Source: Nitrospinales bacterium (lineage in GTDB: Bacteria > Nitrospinota > Nitrospinia > Nitrospinales > VA-1). From it: a stretch of 64,000 nucleotides of DNA. The notes beneath the pieces are model-generated. The model was not told where the DNA came from. It saw only the letters and a list, made by a program, of their open reading frames with translations, and ran no database searches. Below, in pieces: positions 38,539 through 47,613 of the stretch (position 1 is the stretch's first letter; the number at the start of each line of letters is the position of its first letter). Both the position numbers and the translations under genes were made by a program. Location: positions 992,001 to 1,056,000 of the forward strand of contig CBDCWG010000012.1 of the NCBI GenBank assembly GCA_965223345.1. The letters are read 5' to 3'.

Positions 38539-38619
38539 TTCTTATGCCCTTTCCATGTAGTCTTTTAAATAGTTGCCCAGATACGTGAAAGAAGTGGCAC
38601 TAAACTCTGAGCAATAAGA

Positions 38620-39648
38620 TCATTCGAAAGACGGTGGAAGTTCTGGAAGGGAAATGATAATCGGGTCACCTTCCAGTGCTTTCATGAATTCCACAAGATC
38701 CTTTTTTTCCTGAGTTGTCAATCCCAGTGGGGTGATGAATGGGCTCCGATTTTCTTCCACATCCCCGCCCCGGTCATAAAATTCGACCACTTCTTCCAAT
38801 GTTGCCTCACTGCCGTTGTGCATGTAGGGTGTACTCCGGGTGATATGCCGCAGCCCCGGGGTTTTGAAAGCGCCTTTGTCGAAATCTTCTTTGGTCACGT
38901 TGTATCGTCCCAGATCTTCTTTTAAGGGACCGTGTTGCTTGACTCCAATATTGTGAAAACGACTGTCTGTAAAAGCCGGTCCATTGTGGCAGATGGAGCA
39001 CTTGGCTTTTCCGAAAAACAGTTTCATGCCGTTGAGCGCCGAGGAGGACATTGCCGTCTTGTCTCCTGCGAAGTATTTATCGTAAGGAGCATTTTTTGAA
39101 ACCACAGACCGCTCAAAGGTTGCGATTGCCTTTGCAAGGTTTATTTCTGTAATGCCTTCTTTAGGAAACACTTGTTTGAACATACGTACATACCCTGGAA
39201 TAGCCTTAAGTTCTTTAACCAGTTCTCCAAGATCTTGCTTCATTTCAACCTGGGAGCTGATTGGCCCTAGAGCCTGCTCTTCTAGAGATTTGGCGCGGCC
39301 GTCCCAGAATTGAGCATCAAAATAACCGCTGTTGATGATCGTGGGAGAATGCCGGTCCAGTTCTTTTTGACCATGTCCGTTCGGGCGCGGAAGCCCGTCG
39401 CTCCACCCCAGTCCCGGATGATGACAGGTCATGCAACTGATCCAATTGCTTTCTGACAACCGGGGATCAAAGTAAAGCATTCTGCCAAGATCTTCTTTTT
39501 CCTTTGACCAGGGGTTGTCCTGAGGGTGTTTCATTTCCGGCAACGGTTCATAAAATTCCTTCAATTCTTCAAATTCTCCTGCTTGTGAAATACCTGTCAT
39601 AATTGCTAAGAAAATAGAGATCATCCAAATTCTGCAGCAAGTATTCAT
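38620..39648 (-). CDS. Di-heme cytochrome c peroxidase / MauG family
   Basis: LGRMLYFDPRLS, CMTCH, QFWDGRA, CSICH, FKTPGLR, PYMHNG. Confidence 0.93.
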   Translation of the reverse strand: MNTCCRIWMISIFLAIMTGISQAGEFEELKEFYEPLPEMKHPQDNPWSKEKEDLGRMLYFDPRLSESNWISCMTCHHPGLGWSDGLPRPNGHGQKELDRHSPTIINSGYFDAQFWDGRAKSLEEQALGPISSQVEMKQDLGELVKELKAIPGYVRMFKQVFPKEGITEINLAKAIATFERSVVSKNAPYDKYFAGDKTAMSSSALNGMKLFFGKAKCSICHNGPAFTDSRFHNIGVKQHGPLKEDLGRYNVTKEDFDKGAFKTPGLRHITRSTPYMHNGSEATLEEVVEFYDRGGDVEENRSPFITPLGLTTQEKKDLVEFMKALEGDPIIISLPELPPSFE

Positions 39649-39733
39649 CGGAAATGGTCCTTTCGTATTTCATTTATGACTAATTAAATGGAAACGGCTT
39701 TTTAGCGCTCTTAAGTTCAGGCTGGCAAAATAT

Positions 39734-40342
39734 TTATTGATTCGAATAGGATATGGAATAGACTCCTCGCAAGTCTCCGGGAGAAAATCCAAACGCCCGA
39801 TCCTCCGGATATTTATTTTTAATAAAATCCGGCCGTTTTTCCTTTTCACCATGGCAATTCAGACAAGCGGACTCAACGGTGATACGTTTAAAATAGCGAA
39901 ATCCATCCTTTCCGGACCTTGAATCTACTGTCCAGAATCCTTGCAAATCCGGCTCCTTTTCAAACTTCTCCATCGCTTTCAGAGCTTCAGGGTCGGCCTT
40001 GTTTCTGGAATTGCGATATTTTTTTGCCAATTGGCGAAACTCCCAGTCATTTTCCTTAGCGATTTTTTTAGCCCGCATACCCACCGGTTTGCAAACCATG
40101 GAAAATGTTTCCTGATCGACATCCATTTTTTCTGAATCGATGGTTCCGGCTAGCGCGGACCTCATCGCATCGATTTCCTCGGCAACCCGAACCGCATCCG
40201 CAAGCTTTCCTGCATCGATCCGCTCTACTATAGGCTCAGAATGGACCAAGGGATGAGAAAAACTCAAAAGACAAAGGGTAATAAGAAATATTCCTGAGAT
40301 CGATTTTGATACCACTTTTAAAGTAGCCATAATGAGATTCAA
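39734..40342 (-). CDS. DUF3365 (Tll0287-like) heme c protein
   Basis: VC, KYRN..N, CLNCHG, YPED.A.GF..GDLRG. Confidence 0.88.
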   Translation of the reverse strand: MNLIMATLKVVSKSISGIFLITLCLLSFSHPLVHSEPIVERIDAGKLADAVRVAEEIDAMRSALAGTIDSEKMDVDQETFSMVCKPVGMRAKKIAKENDWEFRQLAKKYRNSRNKADPEALKAMEKFEKEPDLQGFWTVDSRSGKDGFRYFKRITVESACLNCHGEKEKRPDFIKNKYPEDRAFGFSPGDLRGVYSISYSNQ

Positions 40343-40410
40343 ATTAGAGAGAGGCGGTCAACCAAACAAACTCAATCGATCACTGTCCTCAGTGGAAAGA
40401 AAAATTTTGT

Positions 40411-40956
40411 TCAATGATCTCTTTTTTCAAAATATTCATCGTATCGATGGACAAAATCCTTGCTCTCGCCTAATGGCAGATGGCAACCCCGGCACGTGGT
40501 GTAATCCGTGTTCGGGAGGGGTTTGCCATCGGGAGAAAATGCGGTATAAATCCAGTCTCCGTTCTGCAATCCCTCAGGAGCATTTTTGCCCCATCCGGCC
40601 CCCTACTCCATCACGTAAACCTTGACCAGATTGTCTTTGGCATTCCTGCCGTCCGGTCATTTGATCGCGTTGCCGGCAGCGTCTTTTTTGGCGTTGTAGA
40701 TTTCCATGACCAGAATCGAGCCATTGGGAAACATCCCTCCCTTTTGAGTTTTCGCTCCAGTAGGATTGACGAACAACTCGCGTATATGCTTGGGTTTCTG
40801 CACCGCTTTTAGAAAGGTGGGGTAGGTGTTGTAATTTGATGGAAAGCTGAGTTCTCCGTCCTTGGGGGATGAGCCGGACTGAGCGGTTTCTGTCTGTAGC
40901 ATCGTTGCGCAACCGATAACCATAAAGGCCAAGCAGAATAAACTTACCTTTTTCAT
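40411..40956 (-). pseudogene. Cytochrome P460-family (c'-beta type) lipoprotein with two in-frame stops
   Basis: One frame: ...FPNGSILVMEIY...AIK*PDG...VYVME*GAGWG...NGDWIY...CRGCHLP...DFV; TGA at 40657-40659 and TAG at 40603-40605. Confidence 0.85.
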
Positions 40957-41010
40957 CTTGTCCTCCTGAAGATTAAAATAAAAAGAGTAACTCCTTATTT
41001 TGCGCAGTGC

Positions 41011-41364
41011 TCAATTCTCCAAGATGTTTTTTACGGATTGCTTCAGTTCCGTGAGATCGGCGGATTTCAGTACATACTTGATGACCGACTCATTGAGTAG
41101 TTGCTGCATATGATGGGCGTATGCGGAGCATAAAATAATAGGCACACTAAATCCGTCTGTAATGATATTTTCCATCAACTTCAATCCGTCAATTTCGGGC
41201 ATTTTGTAATCCAATATGATCAATTCCGGATTGGATTCGCGTATTTTTCGCATGGCCTCTTTGCCATCGCTTGCGACCGCGACTTCATACCCTTCATCCT
41301 GAAATTCTTCTTTATATAAAAATCGGATATTTTGCTCGTCGTCCACAATCAGAATTCTATGCAT
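41011..41364 (-). CDS. Single-domain response regulator
   Basis: ILIVDDE, IILDYKMP..DG, PIILCSA, YVLKS. Confidence 0.92.
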   Translation of the reverse strand: MHRILIVDDEQNIRFLYKEEFQDEGYEVAVASDGKEAMRKIRESNPELIILDYKMPEIDGLKLMENIITDGFSVPIILCSAYAHHMQQLLNESVIKYVLKSADLTELKQSVKNILEN

Positions 41365-41424
41365 GTCTCTCTCCTCATGCCCCATCTACTCTTCAGAGAA
41401 AGTTAAATTCTAAAGTTTCGGAAT

Positions 41425-41997
41425 TCAGTTTATATATTTAATTCTGCTGTCGATTTTATTTTTGACTTGTTTTCTGCCTCTGCAAATCCTGGACATGACA
41501 GTTCCAATGGGAATATCCAGTTCCTCGGAAATGGCTTTGTATGAAAATTTTTTGAAATAGAATAATTGCAGAGGTGTTTTCAAAAAATCATCTAATCCAG
41601 CAATCACTTTTTGAATTTCTCTGTTCGTTTCATGAGACAAATATTCGGTTTCCGGCGAACTGCCATCTATCAAATGACTGGCAATATCTTCATCGGTCCA
41701 ATATTCTATTTTTTTGTTTCTCTTGTAATCCTTGGAAAATTGATTCACAAGAATTGTTATGAGCCAATATTTACATTTAGTGCGGTCTTTCAATTGCCAA
41801 AATTTAGTTATTCCACGATGGATGGTTTCCTGAACCAAATCTTCTGCAGCATCCATGTCGCGGGTGAGTTCCCGGGCTTTTGCAGACATCACATTTCTGT
41901 GGGGAATGATGAAAGTTTCAACCACTTCATTCATTGAAGTGGTTGAGTCGTGTGTTTCGAGCTCCGCCTCCCTGCGCTCTTCATCCATAACTAGCAT
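41425..41997 (-). CDS. ECF RNA polymerase sigma factor
   Basis: AEDLVQET, KYWLITI..N, SYKAISEELDIPIGTVMSRI.RGR. Confidence 0.9.
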   Translation of the reverse strand: MLVMDEERREAELETHDSTTSMNEVVETFIIPHRNVMSAKARELTRDMDAAEDLVQETIHRGITKFWQLKDRTKCKYWLITILVNQFSKDYKRNKKIEYWTDEDIASHLIDGSSPETEYLSHETNREIQKVIAGLDDFLKTPLQLFYFKKFSYKAISEELDIPIGTVMSRICRGRKQVKNKIDSRIKYIN

Positions 41998-42115
41998 TCC
42001 CCCTGGTTCAGAAATCGACCATTTTCAATTGTTCCCCGTCAAAGCCTAATGGACCAAATGAGTTAAAAAGTTAAGGGACACTTTCTGTTAAACTTTCCAT
42101 TAAATGGAGGGGTTT

Positions 42116-42481
42116 ATGAGCAAGAAAGTGTCGAGTGAGAAGGTCGTTCAGGATATTCGCAGGAAGACGCGAAGGAAGTTCTCATCGGAGGAGAAGATCC
42201 GGATCGTTCTTGAAGGATTGCGGGGCGAGGACAGCATATCGAACCTGTGCAGACGTGAAGGGATCGCCAGCAATCTGTATTACCGTTGGAGCAAGGACTT
42301 TTTGGAGGCAGGCAAGAAACGCCTGATGGGCGATACGGTCCGGGAAGCCAACTCTGGTGAGGTTTCGGATCTAAGGAAGGAGAACGAACACTTAAAGCAG
42401 CTGGTAGCAGAGATCGTTCTGAAGAACCGGGTTCTTAAAAAAAGTCTGAATGGCTTGGACTCGGAGGACATCGAACCATGA
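42116..42481 (+). CDS. IS3 transposase OrfA
   Basis: RRKFSSEEKIRIV HTH and leucine zipper; A7 slippery run at 42437-42443. Confidence 0.9.
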   Translation: MSKKVSSEKVVQDIRRKTRRKFSSEEKIRIVLEGLRGEDSISNLCRREGIASNLYYRWSKDFLEAGKKRLMGDTVREANSGEVSDLRKENEHLKQLVAEIVLKNRVLKKSLNGLDSEDIEP

Positions 42482-43461
42482 GGTACGGTCCCTCAGAGAA
42501 GCTGGAGATCATCCGTACTGTAGAAGAATCCGAGCTTTCCGTCCGTCAGACATTGAAAGAGCTTGGAATCCACCGGAGCACCTTCTACAACTGGTATCGC
42601 AGGTTTCTGGAAGATGGCATTGAGGGCCTGGACCTGAAACAGCCCAGGGCCCGATCCTTCTGGAACAAGATTCCGGATGAGGTGAAAAAACAGGTGGTCG
42701 AGATCGCTCTGGAGCAAACCGAACTCTCGCCCCGTGAGCTGGCCTGCAGAATCACCGATATCCAGGGCTACTTCATATCGGAATCCAGCGTTTACCGGAT
42801 TCTAAAAGCCCACGATCTGGTCACAAGCCCCGCCTATATCCTGATGCAGGCGGGCGATTCCTTCAAAAACCCCACCCGGCAAATCCATGAGCTTTGGCAG
42901 ACGGATTTCACCTATTTCAGGATCGTCGGCTGGGGCTGGTATTACCTGTCTACCGTTCTGGACGATTATTCCCGATACATTCTCGCCTGGAAACTGACGA
43001 CCTCCATGACTGCCTCGGATGTGAAGGACACACTCGACGAAGCGATCTCAAACACCAGTGTGGATCGGGTCCAGGTCCGGCACAGACCCAGGCTGCTCAG
43101 CGACAACGGGCCCTGCTATCTTTCTGGTGAACTCAGGTCCTACCTGGAAAAACAGGGTATGACGCACACGCGCGGAGCCCCGTATCATCCCATGACCCAG
43201 GGCAAAATCGAACGCTATCACCGGTCCATGAAAAACGTGGTCAAACTTCAAAACTATTACTTTCCCTGGGAACTGGAGCGGGAAATCTCAAGCTTCGTGG
43301 AATACTACAACAACCACCGATATCACGAGGCACTCAACAACGTCACTCCCGCTGATGTTTACTTCGGCAGGCATCGTGAGATCCTGACAAAACGGGATCG
43401 AATCAAAAAGAAAACCCTGGAACTGAGGCGGAAACAAAACCTAAAAGCCAGGGTCGCTTAA
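42478..43461 (+). CDS. IS3 transposase OrfB (DDE)
   Basis: WQTDFTY, LDDYSR, SDNG, GKIERYH, YNNHRYH. Confidence 0.93.
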   Translation: MRYGPSEKLEIIRTVEESELSVRQTLKELGIHRSTFYNWYRRFLEDGIEGLDLKQPRARSFWNKIPDEVKKQVVEIALEQTELSPRELACRITDIQGYFISESSVYRILKAHDLVTSPAYILMQAGDSFKNPTRQIHELWQTDFTYFRIVGWGWYYLSTVLDDYSRYILAWKLTTSMTASDVKDTLDEAISNTSVDRVQVRHRPRLLSDNGPCYLSGELRSYLEKQGMTHTRGAPYHPMTQGKIERYHRSMKNVVKLQNYYFPWELEREISSFVEYYNNHRYHEALNNVTPADVYFGRHREILTKRDRIKKKTLELRRKQNLKARVA

Positions 43462-43795
43462 CTAAAACTTGAAAACTATATATTGAAGAACTATAAAAAT
43501 GTGTCTCTAACTAAAACTCAACTTTGGTCCAGATTCGTTTGACGACCTACACTGAGGGCCACGAAAAACTCTTCTAAAAACAATGAGTGAGCAGGAAAAT
43601 GATCCACTTAAATTCCGGAGGACCGTTTGCTCCGGAATCGATTAAAAATCAGGATGATTGGGCCCTGAAGGGGTTTGCCGCAGGCAAAAGTTGATCATAA
43701 ACTATCCGCTCGTTGGATTCAGCGATCCTGTCTTTCAATGGGATGACAGTGCGGTATCAATTCCTTAAAAGCAGCCCTTGCGTAGACAGCAAAAT

Positions 43796-44551
43796 TTATT
43801 TCTTTTGCGTCATGTCCACTTTGCCATCGAAATTTCTGTCGAGTTCCACCTTGGCCACTTTCCCAGACGCATTAAAATGTTCCCACCGGTCGGCCTTCCC
43901 ATCTTTATTGGTGTCATACTCGACTTTGACCATTTTTTTAGACGCATTGAAATACTGCCATTGGTCGGGTTTCCCGTCGCCTGTGGTGTCAAACGCCGAA
44001 TGGTCCAAGGTTTCACCCGATGAAAACACGCTCCACTGATCCACTTGACCCGTACCATTGCTATCCCTTTCCACCCGGATCAACTTTTCCTGTTCGTTGT
44101 AAAATTGCCATGTATCTGTTTGCTCATTAAAATCCTGATCAATTTCAACCTTGGACAGTTTTTCATTTTCTCCATAATACTCCTTCCAATCTGTCAAATC
44201 GTTGAACTTGCTCGATTTTTCCACTCGAATCAGCTTTCCGGCTTCAGAATAAATCTGGTGATGATCCATTTTTCCATCGCTGTTGCGGTCGAACTCCACT
44301 CGCAAAACTTTTTTATTTTCACCATAATAATCCACTTGATCCACTTTGCCATCGGCATTGGAATCGTGCTCTATTTTTTCAACGTTGCCATTCACCGAGA
44401 CATGCTGCCATTGGTCTACGGTGCCGTCAAAATCGGAATCGATTTCGTTGACCTCGGCCCAGCCTGGAGAAATCGACACGAGAAAATGAAGAACCAGCAA
44501 ACCGGCATTGAGCTTTAAAGACATTGAAATTTTTCTATGAACTTTTGACAT
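43796..44551 (-). CDS. Exported protein with nine 23-aa Dx[DN]xDG-type repeats
   Basis: DSDFDGTVDQW, DSNADGKVDQV, DRNSDGKMDHH ... DTNKDGKADRW, DRNFDGKVD. Confidence 0.85.
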   Translation of the reverse strand: MSKVHRKISMSLKLNAGLLVLHFLVSISPGWAEVNEIDSDFDGTVDQWQHVSVNGNVEKIEHDSNADGKVDQVDYYGENKKVLRVEFDRNSDGKMDHHQIYSEAGKLIRVEKSSKFNDLTDWKEYYGENEKLSKVEIDQDFNEQTDTWQFYNEQEKLIRVERDSNGTGQVDQWSVFSSGETLDHSAFDTTGDGKPDQWQYFNASKKMVKVEYDTNKDGKADRWEHFNASGKVAKVELDRNFDGKVDMTQKK

Positions 44552-44570
44552 ATCGAAATCCTGGATTTGA

Positions 44571-46016
44571 TTATTCTTTCAATTGGAACTTGAACGGCAA
44601 AACAATGTTCAAAAAAGGTTTGCCTATTTCATCTGGCAGCTCCGAAAACGGAGCCGCCCTTCTCACCGCTTCCATAGCTTCTTCATTCAATTCGGGATAA
44701 TTTGTTTTTGACACCAGTTGGATGTTTTTAACGGCACCACTCTTCAGGACCATAAATTGAAGGGTCACTTGCCCTTCCCGGCCCTCTTTGCGCGCGGACT
44801 CCGGGTACCGCTTGGAGGACGCGATAGACGCTTGCAATGTCTCAAGATAACCGTCCAGTGCCCTCTGGTCGAAAATCCCTGGCACAGGCCGCGGATTGGA
44901 AATCGTGGTTGCTGTGAACAATTCCCCTTTTTGCACAATGTTCATCTTCGAGTCACTTGCGGCAACCCTGTTCGATGAAGGCGTATTGATGGATGCTCTG
45001 GCTGAGGGGACGGTGGGCACAGCGTGGATTTTCTGCTCATAAAACTCAGCAGCATTTTTCGGCTTTGTCACGGATTCGGGAGCAAAGGAGCGTGCCGACA
45101 CCAGCGCCGTGGACTTGGTGATTGTTTTATTGTGCATCCTCACTGCAGTTCCATTGGCAATTTTCAGTCCATTTGCTGCAGGAACAACCCGTTTTTGCAT
45201 ATTAGGCACGCCTTGTGATCGAGAGGGCACTCCCCTTTTAAACTCCGCAGCTTTTATTTTATCGCCAACTTGAATTTGGGTTACCGCAACCGCCCTCGCC
45301 TGGGGCAGGCGAGGGGAAACAACTTTTCGATTTTGGTCAATGAGCGTGGCGGCCTTGCCTTCGTTTTGCAAAGTACTGGATACCGGAACGGACTTGGGGG
45401 TGGAATGTGATTGAACCAGGCCGGCAGCGCTGTCATGGAAACGCGCTTCTTTTCCGGAAACCTTGGAAAAGGCGCGAATGTTTTCCACAGGCCTTGGCAA
45501 CGGGGAAACATCCGGCGGCTTTGCGGCTTTTTCCAGGGACCATTGAACCTTTGCGCTCCTATTTTCCTGAATGTTTAGTTTTTCGACCCTTTGCGGCTCT
45601 TGGACTGCCGCAGGACTGAAAATATCGGCCTTTGCCATTTGCAACGGTTTTTTTATGGGATCCACCTTTTCTTCCCGGATACCTTTTGGCCTCATTGCAA
45701 CCATTGAGGCCACCGGCTGGATCGCAATGTCTTTTTTCCTGATTTTTTGAGCCGATAAAGGTGTGTGCGGCTTTTTGATTTGCATGGGAGCCGCGCTACT
45801 TTGCTTGACAATATTGTTCTCCTTCACCGCAACTCTTCTGATGGGCCTGGGCTTTTTGGTCACCATTTCAATCTTTAATTTTTTTATTATTGGAGGAGAG
45901 TCGAGTTCCTCGGAACTGAGGAGATTCGCAGAGAGAGAGACCAAAGTGATATGCAAAAAGATGGATCCCGCAATCGCATACCCAAGAGGCGCTTGAATTG
46001 AAAAATTCCGCTTCAT
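44571..46016 (-). CDS. tonB: TonB-family energy transducer with very long linker
   Basis: N-terminal TM with S..LH; C-terminal YPESARKEGREGQV..F...G, L.E.A..AV..A.PF. Confidence 0.85.
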   Translation of the reverse strand: MKRNFSIQAPLGYAIAGSIFLHITLVSLSANLLSSEELDSPPIIKKLKIEMVTKKPRPIRRVAVKENNIVKQSSAAPMQIKKPHTPLSAQKIRKKDIAIQPVASMVAMRPKGIREEKVDPIKKPLQMAKADIFSPAAVQEPQRVEKLNIQENRSAKVQWSLEKAAKPPDVSPLPRPVENIRAFSKVSGKEARFHDSAAGLVQSHSTPKSVPVSSTLQNEGKAATLIDQNRKVVSPRLPQARAVAVTQIQVGDKIKAAEFKRGVPSRSQGVPNMQKRVVPAANGLKIANGTAVRMHNKTITKSTALVSARSFAPESVTKPKNAAEFYEQKIHAVPTVPSARASINTPSSNRVAASDSKMNIVQKGELFTATTISNPRPVPGIFDQRALDGYLETLQASIASSKRYPESARKEGREGQVTLQFMVLKSGAVKNIQLVSKTNYPELNEEAMEAVRRAAPFSELPDEIGKPFLNIVLPFKFQLKE

Positions 46017-46030
46017 CGATCCTTACCCGG

Positions 46031-46447
46031 TCAATCTCGCACGTTGAAAGGTTCCGTAGCCAGAATGAAATCCACTGCTCCCGCCTGCCGTGCGATATCG
46101 ATGATCTCTCCAAATAAGGCGAACTCGATTTTTTCATCCCCCTCGATGACCACTATTTTGTTGTCCGCCCTCTCCAACTTTTCGTGCAACGACTTTTTTA
46201 AATTCATCTTCTGGATTGCCTGGCGATCCAGCTGAAGTTTTTGATCCTTGCTGATACTGACGACAATATTTTTGGATTCGTTTGTTTGGGAGGATTCCGC
46301 TTTGGGCAAATCTATAGCGTCTCCTTGCTTGATAGCGGTTGATGTCAACAGGAAAAATATCAATAACAGAAAAACAATATTGATCATGGGAGCCAGGTCG
46401 AGCCTGAACAGCTCCTTTTCCTTTGAATCTTTTCGCAACCTGATCAT
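46031..46447 (-). CDS. exbD: ExbD/TolR-family protein
   Basis: LAPMINIVFLLLIFFLL (Asn in place of the usual TM Asp), IDLP.A. Confidence 0.85.
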   Translation of the reverse strand: MIRLRKDSKEKELFRLDLAPMINIVFLLLIFFLLTSTAIKQGDAIDLPKAESSQTNESKNIVVSISKDQKLQLDRQAIQKMNLKKSLHEKLERADNKIVVIEGDEKIEFALFGEIIDIARQAGAVDFILATEPFNVRD

Positions 46448-46485
46448 ATTCCGCCTTCCAGTATCACGAAAGGGCCGCAAGCCCG

Positions 46486-46872
46486 CTATCGAATGATCGA
46501 GAAATTTTCTGTTCCCGCTTTTTTAGCTAAATCCAGGACACGGACAAACAGGTCGTATTGAACTTTTTTATGAATTTCTACAATCAAATCCTTATCCTTC
46601 TTGAGAGTCAATTTCTCTTCTAATTCAGGCACCAGCGAGTTCAAGTCGACATTTTCATCATTGATGCGGACCCAACCTTTCTCATCCACCGTTAAAGTCA
46701 ATGGGGTTTCCGAAGCCTGGGCTCCGGAGCTTTCACCCGGCAAATCAATGTCAATGCCTTGGCCATGGATAGAAAAAGTCAGCATGAAAAATATCAATAG
46801 CAAAAATACCACATCGATCAAGGGGGTGATGTCCAACCGAAATCGCCTTTTTCCCTTCTGCAGTATTTTCAC
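46486..46872 (-). CDS. exbD: ExbD/TolR-family protein
   Basis: ITPLIDVVFLLLIFFML. Confidence 0.9.
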   Translation of the reverse strand: MKILQKGKRRFRLDITPLIDVVFLLLIFFMLTFSIHGQGIDIDLPGESSGAQASETPLTLTVDEKGWVRINDENVDLNSLVPELEEKLTLKKDKDLIVEIHKKVQYDLFVRVLDLAKKAGTENFSIIR

Positions 46873-46909
46873 AAGGAGCGGCGCGTTGAATTAAAAGGCT
46901 TCCAAACGT

Positions 46910-47587
46910 TCATACTTCGACCCATTCATCTTTCCAGTCTTTATTTGCATTCTGCTCTTCCTTTTCATCGGCAAAGTGATGAATCAGGATGCGGCCACAT
47001 TTCTCCAGGGTGAATGCGATTCTCTCGGTTCTGCGATTGAAGAAATAAAGCATGATCATCGTGGGGATGGCTACGGACAAACCCGCGGCGGTTGTTAACA
47101 GCGCTTCCCAAATACCACCTGCCAATAAACTGGGATCCACAATCCCCTTGTGCTCGGCCACCTTGTTGAAGGCCTGGACCATGCCGATCACGGTTCCCAA
47201 CAGACCCATGAGAGGAGTAATGCTTGCAATCACTTCCAAACCCGGGATGTATCTATTTTGCCTGTTGACTTCTTCTTGCCCAACTTCGGACAGCTCTTCT
47301 TCCATTTTCCATTTTGGCAGGTGTTTCAGACGCAATCCCTCGCCGATCATGCGCTTCACAGAATCTTTTGAATTATGAAGATCATTCCATTCTTGCGGCA
47401 AACCATTACCCTGAAAAGATTTTTTAAAATTTTCGAGAGTGTTTTCTGGGTTTTCCTGTGTCGTTCTGATGAAATACAGCCTTTCGATCACAATCGCCAA
47501 CGCAATCACCGAGCATACAAGAATGGGGAACATGATTAAGCCCCCTTTACCGACAAAGCTCAAGGCAGGCTGAATAAAATCAAACAT
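46910..47587 (-). CDS. exbB: ExbB/MotA/TolQ proton channel
   Basis: GG.IM.PI..CS.....IER, PLMGLLGTVIGM, GI.EALLTTAAGL.VAIP. Confidence 0.92.
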   Translation of the reverse strand: MFDFIQPALSFVGKGGLIMFPILVCSVIALAIVIERLYFIRTTQENPENTLENFKKSFQGNGLPQEWNDLHNSKDSVKRMIGEGLRLKHLPKWKMEEELSEVGQEEVNRQNRYIPGLEVIASITPLMGLLGTVIGMVQAFNKVAEHKGIVDPSLLAGGIWEALLTTAAGLSVAIPTMIMLYFFNRRTERIAFTLEKCGRILIHHFADEKEEQNANKDWKDEWVEV

Positions 47588-47613
47588 ACTATGCTCCTTA
47601 CTGTGAAAATTAT

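Larger units (their letters stand above)
42030..43551 (+). mobile_element. IS3-family element, copy 1 (1522 bp)
   Basis: TG...CA ends with imperfect IRs (TGTTCCCCGTCAAA.. / ..TTTGACGACCTACA), orfA/orfB, no target duplication. Confidence 0.95.

Noticed and set aside
40600..40660. Selenocysteine or pyrrolysine recoding of the cytochrome stops (small GGCA-GGAA-TGCC hairpin after the TGA)
   Set aside because: It would need two different recoding systems in one gene; the positions correspond to Gly and Lys, each one substitution away; the hairpin is short and too close for a typical bacterial SECIS.
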